Shown: positions 39,875 to 53,689, counted from the first letter of the stretch. The stretch is DNA of 64,000 nucleotides from Octopus vulgaris (GCA_951406725.2 OX597822.1:97526001-97590000); one strand, 5' to 3'. The notes: generated by a model from the letters alone, not told the origin. Translations and numbers: made by a program.

Positions 39875-40582
39875 CTATTATATATATATATATATCTATT
39901 ATATATATATATATATAATCTATTATATATATATATATATATTATATATATTATATATATATATATATATAATCTATTATATATATATATATATAATCTA
40001 TTATATATATGTATATATATAATCTATTATATATATGTATATATATAATCTATTATATATATGTATATATATAATCTATTATATATATGTATATATATAA
40101 TCTATTATATATATGTATATATATAATCTATTATATATATGTATATATATAATCTATTATATATATGTATATATATAATCTATTATATATATGTATATAT
40201 ATAATCTATTATATATATGTATATATATAATCTATTTATATATATGTATATATATAATCTATTTATATATATGTATATATATAATCTATTTATATATATG
40301 TATATATATAATCTATTTATATATATGTATATATATAATCTATTTATATATATGTATATATATAATCTATTTATATATATGTATATATATAATCTATTTA
40401 TATATATGTATATATATAATCTATTTATATATATGTGTATATATAATCTATTTATATATATGTGTATATATAATCTATTTATATATATGTGTATATATAA
40501 TCTATTTATATATATGTGTATATATAATCTATTTATATATATGTGTATATATAATCTATTTATATATATGTATATATATAAT
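39790..40582. repeat. 26-27 bp TA-derived minisatellite
   Basis: (ataatctatt[t]atatatatgtatatat)n. Confidence 0.9.
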
Positions 40583-40751
40583 GTATGTCTGTATTTATGT
40601 GTATATTTCAAATGCCTTCACTTTGGCGCGCTGAGATCAGAAATTACCCTGTATCTAGTTCTAGAAATTGTGTTTCGTAAACGACAGACTATGCTGATGA
40701 TCTTGCAGATGTTTATGTATTCGTGCTGCATCTCGAGATGCAGCACGGATT

Positions 40752-40801
40752 TTTGTCAGTGAACAGGTCGTGGATTTTAGCGACGAAAATATTTTGACAA
40801 A
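40752..40801 (+). ncRNA. Minimal type I hammerhead ribozyme motif, G3:C8 core variant
   Basis: TTTGTCA-GTGAACA-G-GTCGT-loop-GCGAC-GAAA-ATAT-T-T-TGACAAA: 7-bp stem I, 5-bp stem II, palindromic stem III AATATT. Confidence 0.7.
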
Positions 40802-41046
40802 TTAGACTTAAATGTTGAAGTGAATCGAACGGCTTTTGTGTGTTTCTTAAATTGCTTACAAACACCTTCCACACTGCAATTATATATATATATGTATGTA
40901 CATATATATACATATATATATATATGTATATATATACATATATATACATTTATATTTGTATATATGTAAATATATATATACATAGATATATATTATATAT
41001 ATATTGATATAGATATATATAGATATATATATAGATATATATACAT

Positions 41047-41088
<42 letters not shown>

Positions 41089-42039
41089 GTATACATATGT
41101 ATATACTTATATATATGTGTGTATGTAAATATAAATATATAAATATATTTATAAAATATTATTAGAGACAAAACCACTATTTTGCAAAACAAACAAGGTA
41201 TTTATTATAAATATATTTATATATATATAGTATACATGTGTGTACATATATATATATATATATATGTATGTAAATATAAATATATTTATATATATATACA
41301 CAAGTATACATGTGTGTACATATATATATGTATGTATGTAAATATGAATATATAAATATATTCATATATATGCACATATATATATATATATATATAGATA
41401 TTAATATATATATAAGTGTATATATATTTGTGTCTGTTTTCATGTGCATATATATGTATATGCATGTATATATATATATATATGTATATATATTTATATA
41501 TATAAATATGTATATATATATGTATGTGCATGTATGTATATGTATACGCATGTATATGTGTATATACATATATATTTGTACGTATATATATATATATTTA
41601 TCGTTGTATCAATAATAATTTGGTTGTGATGGAAGTCAAAAATAGACTTGATTAAAAAAATTAATCAAAAATTTGAAAATTTACCCGTGTTATATTTTTT
41701 TCCTTTTTAGGGAATAATATCTAAGTTCCCTTTTTTTTTCTATCTTCTTTTTTATTTGTACAACAAGGTTGTACCCATGGCTTTTGTGTTATGTTTCCTT
41801 GGAATCTGACCAATAGAAAGCTTTTTTTTAAAAATTCACTCTATCCATTTTGTTTTCAGTATTGCGTGTGACCTAACTTTCTCCACTGATGTAACACTAA
41901 TGTTTTGCAACTAGGTTACCCACAGCTGCATTGCACTACAATAAGAACCAACAAAACACATTTTTGTTCTTTTATCAGAATTTACAACTTGAATTCCATT
42001 CCATTATTTCTTCTTTTCTGTATCTTTCTTTCTCTTTAG

Positions 42040-42174
42040 CTATCATCTTCAGAGTGGCGTTGGAAAAAACTAAGAGATCTCGTTCTGCAGATGAAAGAAA
42101 AAGATATAGATGTATTGTTAAATGATGGGGTAAACCAAAAAACAGAAGAGGCCAAGGATAAATATATATTACAG
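42040..42174 (+). CDS. Host-gene exon (LSSSEWRWKKLRDLVLQMKEKDIDVLLNDGVNQKTEEAKDKYILQ)
   Basis: Long pyrimidine tract ..tctctttag|, 45 open codons, cag|gttaaa; phase 0-0. Confidence 0.6.
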
Positions 42175-44307
42175 GTTAAACTAATTTTTTCATTTGATAC
42201 TTTTGTTGTTAAACTAATAAACTGATTGAGTGCTAACATAACTGACATAGTGAATGAACTAAGAAATAATAATTAAAATCACCCCTTGTAGTGAGGAGAA
42301 GCGAACTTATGCTTGTCCCCTACTCTCATCTATCTTCCCTACTTCTCTTTTAATGCCTGTTTTTCATTACTGTGGTGTGAATGATGAAAGAGGACAACAG
42401 AAAAAGGAGAAAGGAAATATAATCAGGTCTTACCTCGGCGAAGATTAGATCTCTCTCGATACGTCAAGTCCCTTCCTCGTGTCAGCTGCAACTGCTGCTT
42501 CGTCGATGCTACACGTGCGTCGTCGCTCGCCGCTTCCGCCTCCTACCGCGCATGCACCCTGCAAGCCCTACTTCCGCCCTCCCCTCATCTGTCGTCCTCT
42601 CCACCGACACCACAATTACATTCAACTTGCTTATTAATCCCCCATCTCCAACCATCACTCACTTTACTGTACACACTTGTAACCTCTACCTTCCTGTTTC
42701 CGTGTCTCCCACTCACTTCTACTCACTATTCTTATATCTCCTTCCACCTCCGTTTTGATCATGCCCACCCTCTCTTTTATAACATGGGTAGCCATATAGC
42801 TCCTCTACAACAAGAGACCCGTTTTGTTCTGGTTCTATTTTTTCTACGTTAACCTTTCTTCTCATTGCATAATGCTATCTCCCTCTCTACTGTAACCCCA
42901 CCCAGTTCAAAGGGATTTTAGTCATTGCAAAAGTGCATAGTGACCTCACTAGTGCTGGTGCCATGAAACTAAGCACCCAGTACACACTGTAAAGTGATTG
43001 ATGTTAGGAAGGGTATCCAGCCCCAGAAAACCATGGCAAAGCAGGCATTGGAGGACAATGCAAGCCTCTGAGATCCTGTCAAACTGTCTTACCTATGCTG
43101 GCATGGAACATCATCATTTAATGTCTGTCTTCCCTGCTGTAACTTTTGCTTGTGCACGCTTTCACCCATTTTGATGGTTTGACAGGAAGTGGCAAGTCAG
43201 AGGACTGCACCAAGCTTCACTGTCTCTTTTGGCATGTTACTGATGATAATGATAGATGACTCATGTTCAATAAATCTAATGAAGGCAGAGGGAAAATTTG
43301 ATTAGCATGAGCTGTGTACCCAGTGTGTCCTTGTAGTCATTGCAAGGGTGTTTTTAATTAATTAAAAGGTTTTGCTCACTATATTATGTTTAGTACTAAC
43401 TCAGCTATTGTGTTTCATGTATGCTTAAATCTAGATGTTTTACTAGCCTCTGTTATATTTAATTCAATTGTCTTTCCATCAAATTGTTTAATATTCTTAT
43501 TAAACTGATTATATAGTAGTTTGTCATTAAACTAACTATTTAATAGTTTTTATCATTTAAATATCTAATTAACAGTCTTGTCATTAAACTAATTTTCCAC
43601 TTTTTAAGCCATTTAATTAAATGAATTATTTTTAGTGTTGTCATTTAACTAACTAATTAATAATTTTGTCATGAAGCTAACTTTCCATTTTGTATTCTTG
43701 TCATTAAACTAATTAGTTTTGTCATCAAATTATTTAATGATTTTGACAAACTATAATTATTTAATATGTTTATTATTGAACTAACAATGAACTACTTTTG
43801 TCATTAAACTATCTGATTAATAGTTTCAATATTAAAGTATTTAATAGGCTTGCCATTAAACTGATTGATTTGTTATTAAATTGTTTTTAAAATTTTCCAG
43901 TTTACATTTATGTCATTAAACTATTTCATAGTTTTGTCATTAGACTATTTAATAATTTTATAATTGAACTATTTCATAATCCTGCTATTAAATGTTTTAT
44001 TAAATAGTCTTGTTGTTAAATGTTCTATTTAATAGTTTTGGCAGTAAATTAACATGAAACTGTTAATTGTCTTGTCATCAACCTAACATAGTATTTAATA
44101 GTTTTGTCCTTAAACTATTATTTAGTAATATTATTATGAAACTAACTTAATCAATAATCATGTCATTAAACTTATTATTTAATAGTCTTGCCATTAAACC
44201 ATTGTTTAATAAAACTGTCATTAAACTAACTTTAATAGTTTTGTCATTAAAATGACTTTAATAGATTTTTCATTAAATGAAATATTGTTTAATAGTCTTG
44301 TGGTTAA

Positions 44308-44791
44308 CCCTTTCACTGTGAAATGAAATTTCATGATTATTTCAGTGATAGTATTAAATATCTACCAAAAAGTAAAATTGTTACTTCCTGCAAGTTATCT
44401 AGCTTCAATAAACTTGATATATCCCAACAGAAAATAGTTTCAAACATGACTTACCTCAACAAAAGGTAGATTGGTACATATAACTGCTTTCTGGGCGAGC
44501 TGGCAGAAACGTTAGCACGCCAGGCAAAATGCTTAGCCGTATTTCGTCTGCTGTTACGTTCTGAGTTCAAATTCCGCCGAGGTCGACTTTGCCTTTCATC
44601 CTTTCGGGGTCGATAAATTAAGCACCAGTTACGCACTGGGGTCGATGTAATCGACTTAATCCCTTTGTCTGTCTTTGTTTGTCCCCTCTGTGTTTGGCCC
44701 CTTGTGGGCAATAAAGAAATATATAACTGCTTTCTGCCATTAAGAATAATGGAAATTTTAGTAGATACATCTGCTTTCTGCAGTAAAAGGG
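44308..44791. mobile_element. piggyBac-type MITE, family 3, interrupted by a SINE
   Basis: TTAA|CCCTTT...AAAGGG|TTAA. Confidence 0.75.
44494..44720 (+). mobile_element. SINE family A (Nin/Deu-like core), with 16-bp TSD
   Basis: TSD atataactgctttctg at 44478-44493 and 44721-44736; B-box-like GAGTTCAAATTCC; core GCCTTTCATCCTTTCGGGGTCGATAAA. Other copies at 178-368, 821-1010, 1972-2620, 8578-8764, 12337-12566, 23035-23151(-), 25824-26003, 50460-50700. Confidence 0.85.
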
Positions 44792-45247
44792 TTAAGGTAT
44801 TATTTAATCGTCTTGTCACTAAATTAACTTATTTACCAGTTTTATAATATAACTAAGCTATTCAATAATCTTGTGATAAAGCATTATTTACCAGTCTTGT
44901 TTTAAACTAACTTTATTTACTAGTTTTTATTAAACTAACTTATTTACTAGCCTTGTGAGTAAACTAAATTACTATTTAATGGTTTTGTCATTAGACTATA
45001 ATTTATGAATTTTGTCATTAAACTATTTCTTATTTTAAAATGTTAATATCTCGTTAAACTAATTGTTGAAAATCTATCAGCTTTAAACCTCTTGAGTGTC
45101 ACAATTGTTTGTTTTTTTTTAAATATTTTTTCTGAATGTTTATTATTATTTATTATTATTATTATTTATTATTAATGTTTATTTATTATTTATTATTATA
45201 TCATTTTGTGTAGTTTATTAACAATTTTTTTAATTCTTTTCTTGCAG

Positions 45248-45328
45248 GAAGAAATTAGACAACTGCAAGAAGCATTAAATAGTAGTTCCAAGAAGATAAA
45301 TCATTTACAGAAAGCACTTGAGTCAAAG
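45248..45328 (+). CDS. Host-gene exon, coiled coil (EEIRQLQEALNSSSKKINHLQKALESK)
   Basis: ttcttttcttgcag| ... aag|gtagtt; 81 nt, phase 0-0; heptad pattern. Confidence 0.72.
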
Positions 45329-45387
45329 GTAGTTTTCTTGTGGCCAATGAGATCTACTCTATTTTTAAATGATTTCATATATTTTAA

Positions 45388-45880
45388 TCATCATCATCAT
45401 CATCATCATTTAGCGTCCGTTTTCCATGCTAGCATGGGTTGGACGGTTTAACTGGGGTCTGTGAAGCCGGAAGGCTTCATCAGGCCCAGTCAGATTTGGC
45501 AGTGTTTCTACAGGTGGATGCCCTTCCTAACGCCAACCACTCCGTGAGTGTAGTGGGTGCTTTTTACGTGCCACCTGCACAGGTGCCAGACAGGGCTGGC
45601 AAATGGCCACGAACGGATTGGTGTATTTTATGTGCCACCGGCATGGAAGCCAGTCGAGGCGGCGCTGGCATCGGCCACGAGTCGGATAGTGCTTTTTTCG
45701 TACCACCAGTCCAGGGGTCCTGGCATCTGCCGGGTGCCAGTCATAGGATTGGTTCAATTCGATTTCGATTTCGATTTCACTTGCCCCAACATGTTTTCGC
45801 AAGCAAAGGGGGTTGGCATGGGTGCCTGTCGTCGGATGAGGTTCTATATCGACTTCGCTTTCCTCAACAGGTCTTGCCTC
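45388..45880 (-). mobile_element. RTE 3'-UTR copy
   Basis: Same family, 60 nt downstream of a host exon. Confidence 0.8.
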
Positions 45881-47533
45881 ATATTTTAATATTATTTTTT
45901 AAGTCTGGCACAAGTCCACCCATTTGTTGAGAGAGGTAGTTGAAGTTAGTTGAATCAACCATGGAACATTATTGGTAAATGGAGGCAAAATAATGGTTGT
46001 GGTGGTAAAGATATAAGAGTATAATCATTTCTGTAAGAGTTTGAAACCATTTTCTGGTTGTATGTTTCTTATACTTAGATATTTTTATCTTAATTATCTG
46101 AACTGATTTGTATAAATTTTAGAATTTTAATACTCCTAATGAATGTGAATATCTTCACAGTAGAGGTAGCAAGGATCATATTTTCTCCTAACTAAGGATC
46201 AAATTTGGGGTAGGGGTAAAGGGTAAAGACCCCTTTCAATCAAAAATGACCATGGGATTGCACCTAGAAAGTTATCTTTCAAGATACAAGCCCAGGCAAC
46301 ATTGTTTATGGAAGCCCAGCAGTCACCCATGCATAACAGCCTCCCATCTCCATGCCACCAATGTTATCCAAGAGAAAGGCAAGGGCTGATACAGCTTGGC
46401 ACCAGTGACATTGCAGTTCATTTCTACAGCTGAGTAAACTGGAACAATGTGAAATAAAATGTCTTGCTTAAGAACACAACACACAGCCTGTTCCGGGAAT
46501 TAAACTCACTACCTCATGATTGTGAGCCTGATTCTCTAACCACTGAGCCATTTAGGGGTAGGGGAAAGAATATATTAGTAAAAGTCAATATGAGTTTTAA
46601 TCCATAAGTTATGATTCAGTTGTGGAGTACCTCATATTACCTATTTGTACCACTTGGAGAAATTGGAAACAAAATTTGCGCCCAAAAAGACAACAAGTTC
46701 TTGGTATTGTGATCTGCTGTAATTAAAAGTCAAATTGCTTTCACATCATTGCTTTCTATTTTGGAAATAAAAATTTTTAAAAAAGTAGAAATTATTGCGG
46801 ATAATATAGTGTGAGAGACACTAGGGTAAAGACACTTCGGTCATGAATGACCATGGGATTGCACCTAGAAAGTTACTCTCCTAGACACAAGTCCAGGCAT
46901 GGTTGTTTATGGAAGACCAGCAGTCGCCCATGCATACCAGCCTCCCCTCTCCACGCCACCAGTGTTATCCAAGGAAAGACAAAGGTCGATACAGCTTGGC
47001 ACCAGTGACGTCGCAACTCATTTCTACAGCTGAGTGAACTGGAGCAACGTGAAATAAAGTGCCTTGCTCAAGAACACAACACGCAGCCCAGTCCGGGATT
47101 CGAGCTCACAACCTCACGATCGTAAGCTCGACACTCTAACCACTGAGACACTCTAACCACATAGAGACACTATTTGACAAAAAATGTGATTGTCATAGCT
47201 GAAGTGTCTGTAAAAATGATAGGATGATCACTGCTGAACTGTTTATAGTCTGTATTTGACATTTGTCTGAGTTTCACTAAATAGAATAGTTGATGTTATT
47301 GGAATATAGGTGTTGGTTGATACCCTATCAACACCCTGCTTTAACACCATTTTCTAGATTTTTATCGTACCTTTGAGACTAGTACTGAAAAATACCATGT
47401 ACTTTGACTCATTAAGTCTCTTGATTTATGGAACCTTTGATGGATGGTATAGAATATGTTAGTTTTACACTACTATCAACTTGGCCTTCTATGACACTTC
47501 TCTTTATTTATGGAATCCAATAAATTCAATTAA

Positions 47534-47754
47534 CCCTTTTGTTACTGTATTTATTTTCAGATGTTCTGTGTTTCTTCCAATTACTTTAAATATAACAAAG
47601 AATTTAGTAAAATAACTTAGTTACCATTCAGCTAGTTTTAGGAACATAAATTGTGACTAAGGTTTGGTGGAAGATTTTAATTCAGAACTTTTGAAAACCA
47701 GACATTTGTACTAAAGAGCCAAAGCTGGTTTCAGCCAGGTTGGTAACGAAAGGG
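47534..47754. mobile_element. piggyBac-type MITE, family 2 (221 bp)
   Basis: Homologous to 21951-22171; TTAA TSD. Confidence 0.85.
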
Positions 47755-47863
47755 TTAATGAGTATAAAAACGTTACTGACCAAAGAAAAAAAATTGCTTT
47801 TAGAAATATTATTAATGTATTACAATTGATGTTTCTCTTGTTTTTCTTCTTTGGAATTTACAG

Positions 47864-47951
47864 ACAACGGCACTTCAAGAACTTGGCTCAGAACATGAGC
47901 AACTTCGCAAAAAAATTGAAAACCAAAGTCACAAAAGTACAGAAAGTGACG
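47864..47951 (+). CDS. Host-gene exon, coiled coil (TTALQELGSEHEQLRKKIENQSHKSTESD)
   Basis: Pyrimidine tract..tttacag| ... g|gttagt; phase 0-1. Confidence 0.72.
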
Positions 47952-49056
47952 GTTAGTTTATTTATTTAATTATTTCTTTTTTCTTTTTTTGTACCCCTAA
48001 AATTTCTTGCCCCACTACAATATATAAAAGCTTATCAAAATATGCCAATGTTTCACTCGCTAGTAAGTTACGGAAAAGAAATGGAATGGTACCTGAAACC
48101 TTTAGGTCTTCCAAATTTGTGGTGATTAATTTGAACATCTATTGGTCTCCCGTAGAAGAAAAACTTTGATGGAGAAGTAGTTTCAGATGTTTACAGTTTA
48201 GCTGAGTGAGGATTGGGTGAAGTGTTTAGTGTGCAGTCTAGCTGGTGAATCATAGTAAATGTAATGGTAGAGGAAAGACAAATGTATCAGATGAGCCTGG
48301 ACGGAATTAGGTATATAAGTAAAAAGCAGAAAGAAGAAATGGCATTTGTATGGGTTAGTGTTTGTAGTATGTTGGAGAAGAATGAGCCTTTATCAAATAG
48401 TTGAATGATATTTTGGATTTGGTCTTGGACAGTATTCTCAGATGGAACTGAAATACCCTCTTGGGGGTGTTACAGAAAAGGGAAGAAGATTGTTACATAA
48501 AATTTCATTAGGGGTGTTGATGATTTTACATGATCAAAAAGAGGAGGGGGCTGAGAAAAAGAAGTTAAGGATTATTGATATAGTATATTTGTGTATAGCA
48601 ACAGCACAGTAGTTCAATGTAAATCCAGAGCTTTGTAGGGGTCAGTAACTGATCAAATAAAGACCATAGGAGTATTTGACTTTGAGGATATTTCTCAGAT
48701 GTGTGGTAACACTATGCCTATGGTGGTGAGAGTAATGACTCGGAATATGTGAGTATAGGAAGGGATTTGTTGAGAGTGTAAAGTTGGTGGCAGGGTGAAG
48801 TCAGCAGCAAAATTTGGAGGCTTTTTTTTGGATAATCCTCCTTTATCATCTTGAAGCGAAAATAAAAATAAATGGACAGTTGAGTGGCCAACAAAAGCAT
48901 CAGCATCCATCCAACTATAAAATATCCATTGCTGAACTCAATGAGATAGCTTCTACATGATTAGTTGATTTACTAGAAACAGCAGCCAAATCTCCTTCAG
49001 ATTTCACCTTATTGTCTTTAATAAAAGACCACATTAAATAATGCAGTTTTAGATAT

Positions 49057-49398
49057 GAAGGCGCATGGCTCAGTGGTTAGAGCATTGAGCTTACGATCGT
49101 GAGGTTGTGAGCTCGAATCCCGGACCGGGCTGCGTGTTGTGTTCTTGAGCAAGGCACTTTATTTCACGTTGCTCCAGTTCACTCAGCTGTAGAAATGAGT
49201 TGCGGCGTCACTGGTGCCAAGCTGTATCGACCTTTGTCTTTCCCTTGGATAACACTGGTGGCGTGGAGAGGGGAGGCTGGTATGCATGGGCGACTGCTGG
49301 TCTTCCATAAAAAAACAACCTTGCCCGGACTTGTGTCTAGGAGGGTAACTTTCTAGGTGCAATCCCATGGTCATTCATGACCGAAGGGGGTCTTTACC
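49057..49398 (+). mobile_element. SINE family D (tRNA-derived head)
   Basis: TGGCTCAGTGGTTAGAGC..GCTCGAATCCC; copies at 46220-46552(-), 46823-47160(-), partial 49780-49930. Confidence 0.85.
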
Positions 49399-50063
49399 CA
49401 TGTACATAAAGGTGCTAGAATGCCAGACTAAATATCATATAGTATATAGTGAAATCCCTTCACATTGCAAATTCAAATATCACTGAGAATAGTTGTCCCT
49501 TTCATGCTTTTAATGTCTACAATAATGTTTTTAGGATAATTGATTTAATTACATCCATGCCCTTCTTCTTGACATGCATAACATTGTTTCTGTCACCATT
49601 GTCATCATCATCATCATCGTCATCATTATCATTTAATGTCCATTTTTCATGCTGGCATGGGTTGGACATTTTGACAGGAGCTGGCTAGGCAGAGGCCCCA
49701 CTGCCTGTTTTGGCATGGCTTTTATGGTTGGATGCTCTTCCTAACACCAGCCTTCATTAATGATATTTTAATTAATGTACAAAGGCATATGGCTTAGGGA
49801 TTAGGGTGTTGCATTCATGGTTGCAAGATTCTCAGACCAGCAGTGCGTTGTTTTCTTGAACAAAACACTTCATTTCACATTGCTCCACTTCACTCAGCTG
49901 TAAATAGGTAACCCTGCAACAGACTGGCATTCCATTCATTGGGAATAAATGCTGGCCTGCCTACCCAACCAGCAGAGTACCATTATTCAAAAGCTACATC
50001 ACTGCAAGGAAGTGCATTGTTAACAGTGGTGTGCAACATATGATAGTCTAGTTTATACAATGA

Positions 50064-50437
50064 CTAGCAGTATCGCCCGGCGTTGCTCGGGTTTGTAAGG
50101 GAAATAACTATAAAGCATTTTTAGAGAGTTATAGCCTAAAAATGGAAAAAAAATTATGGTAAATTTTTTTTTTAGTTAAAAAGGTCGAGTTGCGTCCCCT
50201 AGACAGTCTGTGGTTTGTGTTTCTGATTATCGACCCCATGTCGAATTTATCGGTTTTTTTCAGAACTGGGGGAACTTTTCAAAATTTCGCTGCGTTAGTT
50301 TTGAATTATGACATTGGACTATGTGTGTGTCAAGTTTCATCAGAATCAGTTGAAAGCCGTGGTCAGGGTGAGGGTACAGCCTAACAGACACACAGAAACA
50401 CACACAGACAAACTGCCATTTATATATAGAGAGAAGA
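50064..50437 (-). mobile_element. Non-autonomous Helitron, same family as 19794-20167
   Basis: Closely similar to 19794-20167; TC...CTAG termini and A|T target. Confidence 0.9.
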
Positions 50438-50884
50438 TAGAGTAATTTTAATTTACAAAGTGGCAAATTGGCAGAATCATTTGAGCATCTGACAAAAATT
50501 CAATTTATGATTTGCTTTGGTTTTTTTACGTTCCTAGTTCAAATCATACCAAGTTTAATTTTACCTTTCATCTCTCCAAAACTGTTTATACAGTGATATG
50601 CAGTGGACAATTGCATTGTGATATTTGTTCTGACTTTTTGTCAAATCCTGCCAGAATTTATTTTGCCTTTCACCCTTTCAGGGCTGGTAAATAAATATTT
50701 GCTTTTTTTTTTTTTTTTATCAAAGTATGATTTTCAAGATTCTTTTATTATTGAAGATTTCAATTTCATGATTCAATCACAAAATAAATTTTTATTCACT
50801 GTGACATAGTTACATTGTGAGATAGCATTTTTTAACATCTTGGTTCATATCCACTATAAGTACTGAAAGTGTGTCCCCGCTGAA

Positions 50885-52283
50885 TTTTGTTTCCTCATAA
50901 CTTTCTGAAAAATAGATATATTTTTTTAATGAAATTTTCAACCAATACCTTTCAGACAATATTTATGATTATATTACAATTTAATGTGAGAAAAATGGGA
51001 GAGTGAGTAGATATTTCATGCATCTTTACTTTGTTTCATCATATGTTTCAGTGATGTACATTAGAATTATGTTGAAAAAAAAAAATTACTTTTGAGGACT
51101 CTACCAGCCTTTTCTGAAAATAATCTTTGTGGAAAGGCAGAGTACGAAGTTAACGTTAATTATTGAATACATATTTCTTTTATTATTTTATAGCAATCTT
51201 AATCTCTTTTAAACAAACTCAAAGGGAGCCCATCTTCTACATGGTTGTTTAGTATGCTAGAAATAGCAGGGATCATGTGGGTCTCAAATTTTTCTCTTTT
51301 TTCAGTGTAGTTCTTTCTAATCTACATCATCAAAATATATGGGGAGCCAAATCCAAGGTTTGTGAAATCATCATCCTTTGACATGGTCGAACAACCATTC
51401 CCAACCGGTTGGGATTCATAGTGTGATCAACTTTTGCATCAACCCCTGGGGCATGATTTCAATGTAGTATTCATTCTTTCAATCATTGAATACAAAAATG
51501 TGGCTCATGAGAGACTTCCGTTTGCGAAACTTCTCTGAATCATTGTCTTACCCTTAAATTTCCTTTCATTCTGTTAATCTTTCCACCTACAAGGTAGTCA
51601 TCCCCTTTTCCTTCCTTTTTCATTTCTGACCCAATACTAGTTGGCTGTTGACTCTCCTGAGTTCTTCCCCGCCCCCCTTTGTCAGGTTGTGTTTTGTATC
51701 CTGCAAGGTGTCCAATAATCACCCTTATGCGCCAAGCAAGCTTGGTGCATGATCTGTTCCTGCATTTTGTCCTGATATTTTTTCACATTTAATTCTGGCA
51801 TAATTACCATCTACACCATCTGAAAGGTATTTGCAGAAAATTTCTTAAAAAATATAGGAGTGGCTGTGTGGTAAGTAGCTTGCTTACCAACAACATGGTT
51901 CTGGGTTCAGTCCCACTGCGTGGCACCTTGGGCAAGTGTCTTGTACTATAGCCTCGGGCCGACCAAAATCTTGTGAGTGGATTCGGTAGACGGAAACTGA
52001 AAGAAGCCCATCGTATATATACATGTGTATGTGTATGTATGTTTGTGCATCTGTGTTTGTCCCCCCAACATCGCTTGACAACCGATGCTGGTGTGTTTAC
52101 ATCCCCGTAACTTAGCGGTTCGGCAAAAGAGACCGATAGAATCAGTACTAGGCTTCGTTTGATGCATTCAACTAAAACCTTTCAAGGTGGTGCTCCAGCA
52201 TGGCCACAGTCAAATGACTGAAACAAATAAAAGAGTAAAAGAGATATCCATTTTTCAGAAAGTTATGAAGAAATGAAACCAAG
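50885..52283. mobile_element. Old DNA transposon with long TIRs; the right TIR is split by a SINE
   Basis: 50888-50960 is the inverted match of 51815-51853 plus 52243-52280. Confidence 0.5.
51856..52243 (+). mobile_element. SINE family B
   Basis: Homologous to 4935-5337. Confidence 0.85.
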
Positions 52284-52668
52284 TGCTCGGAGGTGATGGC
52301 ACTCTTCTATGGTTATGCCCTGAATTTACTCACTGAATCAGTGAGTTCTAACAGATGAGTAAACGATACAAAGAAAAATTCAATGTAAACATATCAAAAA
52401 AAAAAAATTGCACACACCAAGAATCAAGTGTGTAAATATTATTTAACGACTAACAGAAAACTGCCTGAAAGCCAGTCATTCTGTTAGTTATTTGTAAAGA
52501 TATATATATATATCTATATATTTATCATTGAATTATCACATGAAAACGTCTTTGTTTGCTTTGATGACTGTTATTTCTATGTCTTCAAAATTCTTCATTG
52601 AATTTTATTGAATACCATTATTGCTATAGTCTCATGCTTCTCTGCATTTGTCAAATTCTAGTTCGCAG

Positions 52669-52680
52669 CACTGCTGTTTG
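52669..52680 (+). CDS. Candidate 12-nt alternative microexon (ALLF)
   Basis: ..tgcttctctgcatttgtcaaattctagttcgcag|cactgctgtttg|gtgagt; frame-preserving in a phase-1 intron. Confidence 0.3.
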
Positions 52681-52826
52681 GTGAGTTAGATGATTTTGAT
52701 TGGTTCTTTTAGCATCTGAAATGAGTCTATCAGTGTTGTATGTATTCCATATCAAGTCAGACAAGCAAGCAACAGATTTGAAATTTGACTCTAGAATTTT
52801 GCCTTTATTGTAAATTTGTGGTCTGT

Positions 52827-52861
<35 letters not shown>

Positions 52862-53187
52862 TGATTAAATTATATAAATATTTGTTTATTTATTTATTTG
52901 CGTGCGCACATCATGATTATGTTCCTCCTCTGCGTTCCTACCCCGACCATCACTTTAAAAAAAAAAAAAAAAACCCCAAGAAAAAGACTTCATTTTTCAT
53001 GTTCAGTGTACGTATTTCTGCTCTTCCTATGGATAGTTTCAGTCTTGAAGAGTCAGCATGTGGTATTTGGTATTTGGTATTTGGTTCCAGCTTTGTAACC
53101 AAAGGCGAACAATCGTCGCATGGAATAACAACATCATAACAACCACAACAATAACAACAACAACGAAATGATAATAGTAATGATTAT

Positions 53188-53224
<37 letters not shown>

Positions 53225-53546
53225 CCACTGTCACCACCATCACGGACACCACCACCACTATCACCACCACTATCACCACCACCACCACCATGAAATGTTA
53301 TTCACTGTCATGGCATCAGTTTCTTATCTCCTTCCCTCTTTAGTTTGGCAACCACTGCAATGCACTAAAAGCTGTGTATTTTACCCCCCCGTTGTGAATT
53401 AGTTTGGTTGATTTTTTTTTTTTTTTTTTGTTAGTGTGTACCAGTCATGTGACATGTGAAATATATAACTATGGCACTTATCCAAGCATGGTAGATTCTG
53501 TAAATACATTTGTATTTTAAGTTGCTAAATCTTCATTTCCAAACAG

Positions 53547-53608
53547 ATTCACTGTCTCAGGAAGGTTATGCAGATCAAGAATGCTGGAGGAACCTTTCAG
53601 ACTCAAAA
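53547..53608 (+). CDS. Host-gene exon (DSLSQEGYADQECWRNLSDSK)
   Basis: cttcatttccaaacag| ... aaa|gtaagt; phase 1-0, compatible with the 47864 exon. Confidence 0.62.
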
Positions 53609-53689
53609 GTAAGTATTTGAATTATGTTTTGTCTACTGCCAAATTTTATATCATTTGTATCAGATGTTTTTGTCTATTATTACATTTGT

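Larger units (their letters stand above)
43440..45065. repeat. Degenerate ~30-bp AT-rich minisatellite
   Basis: Recurring ttgtcattaaactaactatttaatagt units. Confidence 0.75.

Noticed and set aside
42430-42470. Hammerhead-like gaaga..cgatacgtc
   Set aside because: Core and stems too degenerate to call.
48000-48910. Purine-rich block possibly from an old LINE (also 16810-17170)
   Set aside because: No recognisable RT or endonuclease motif could be read.
53037-53069. Possible small exon (VSVLKSQHVVF)
   Set aside because: Only weak, repeated gtattt donors and ambiguous acceptors; cannot be supported.
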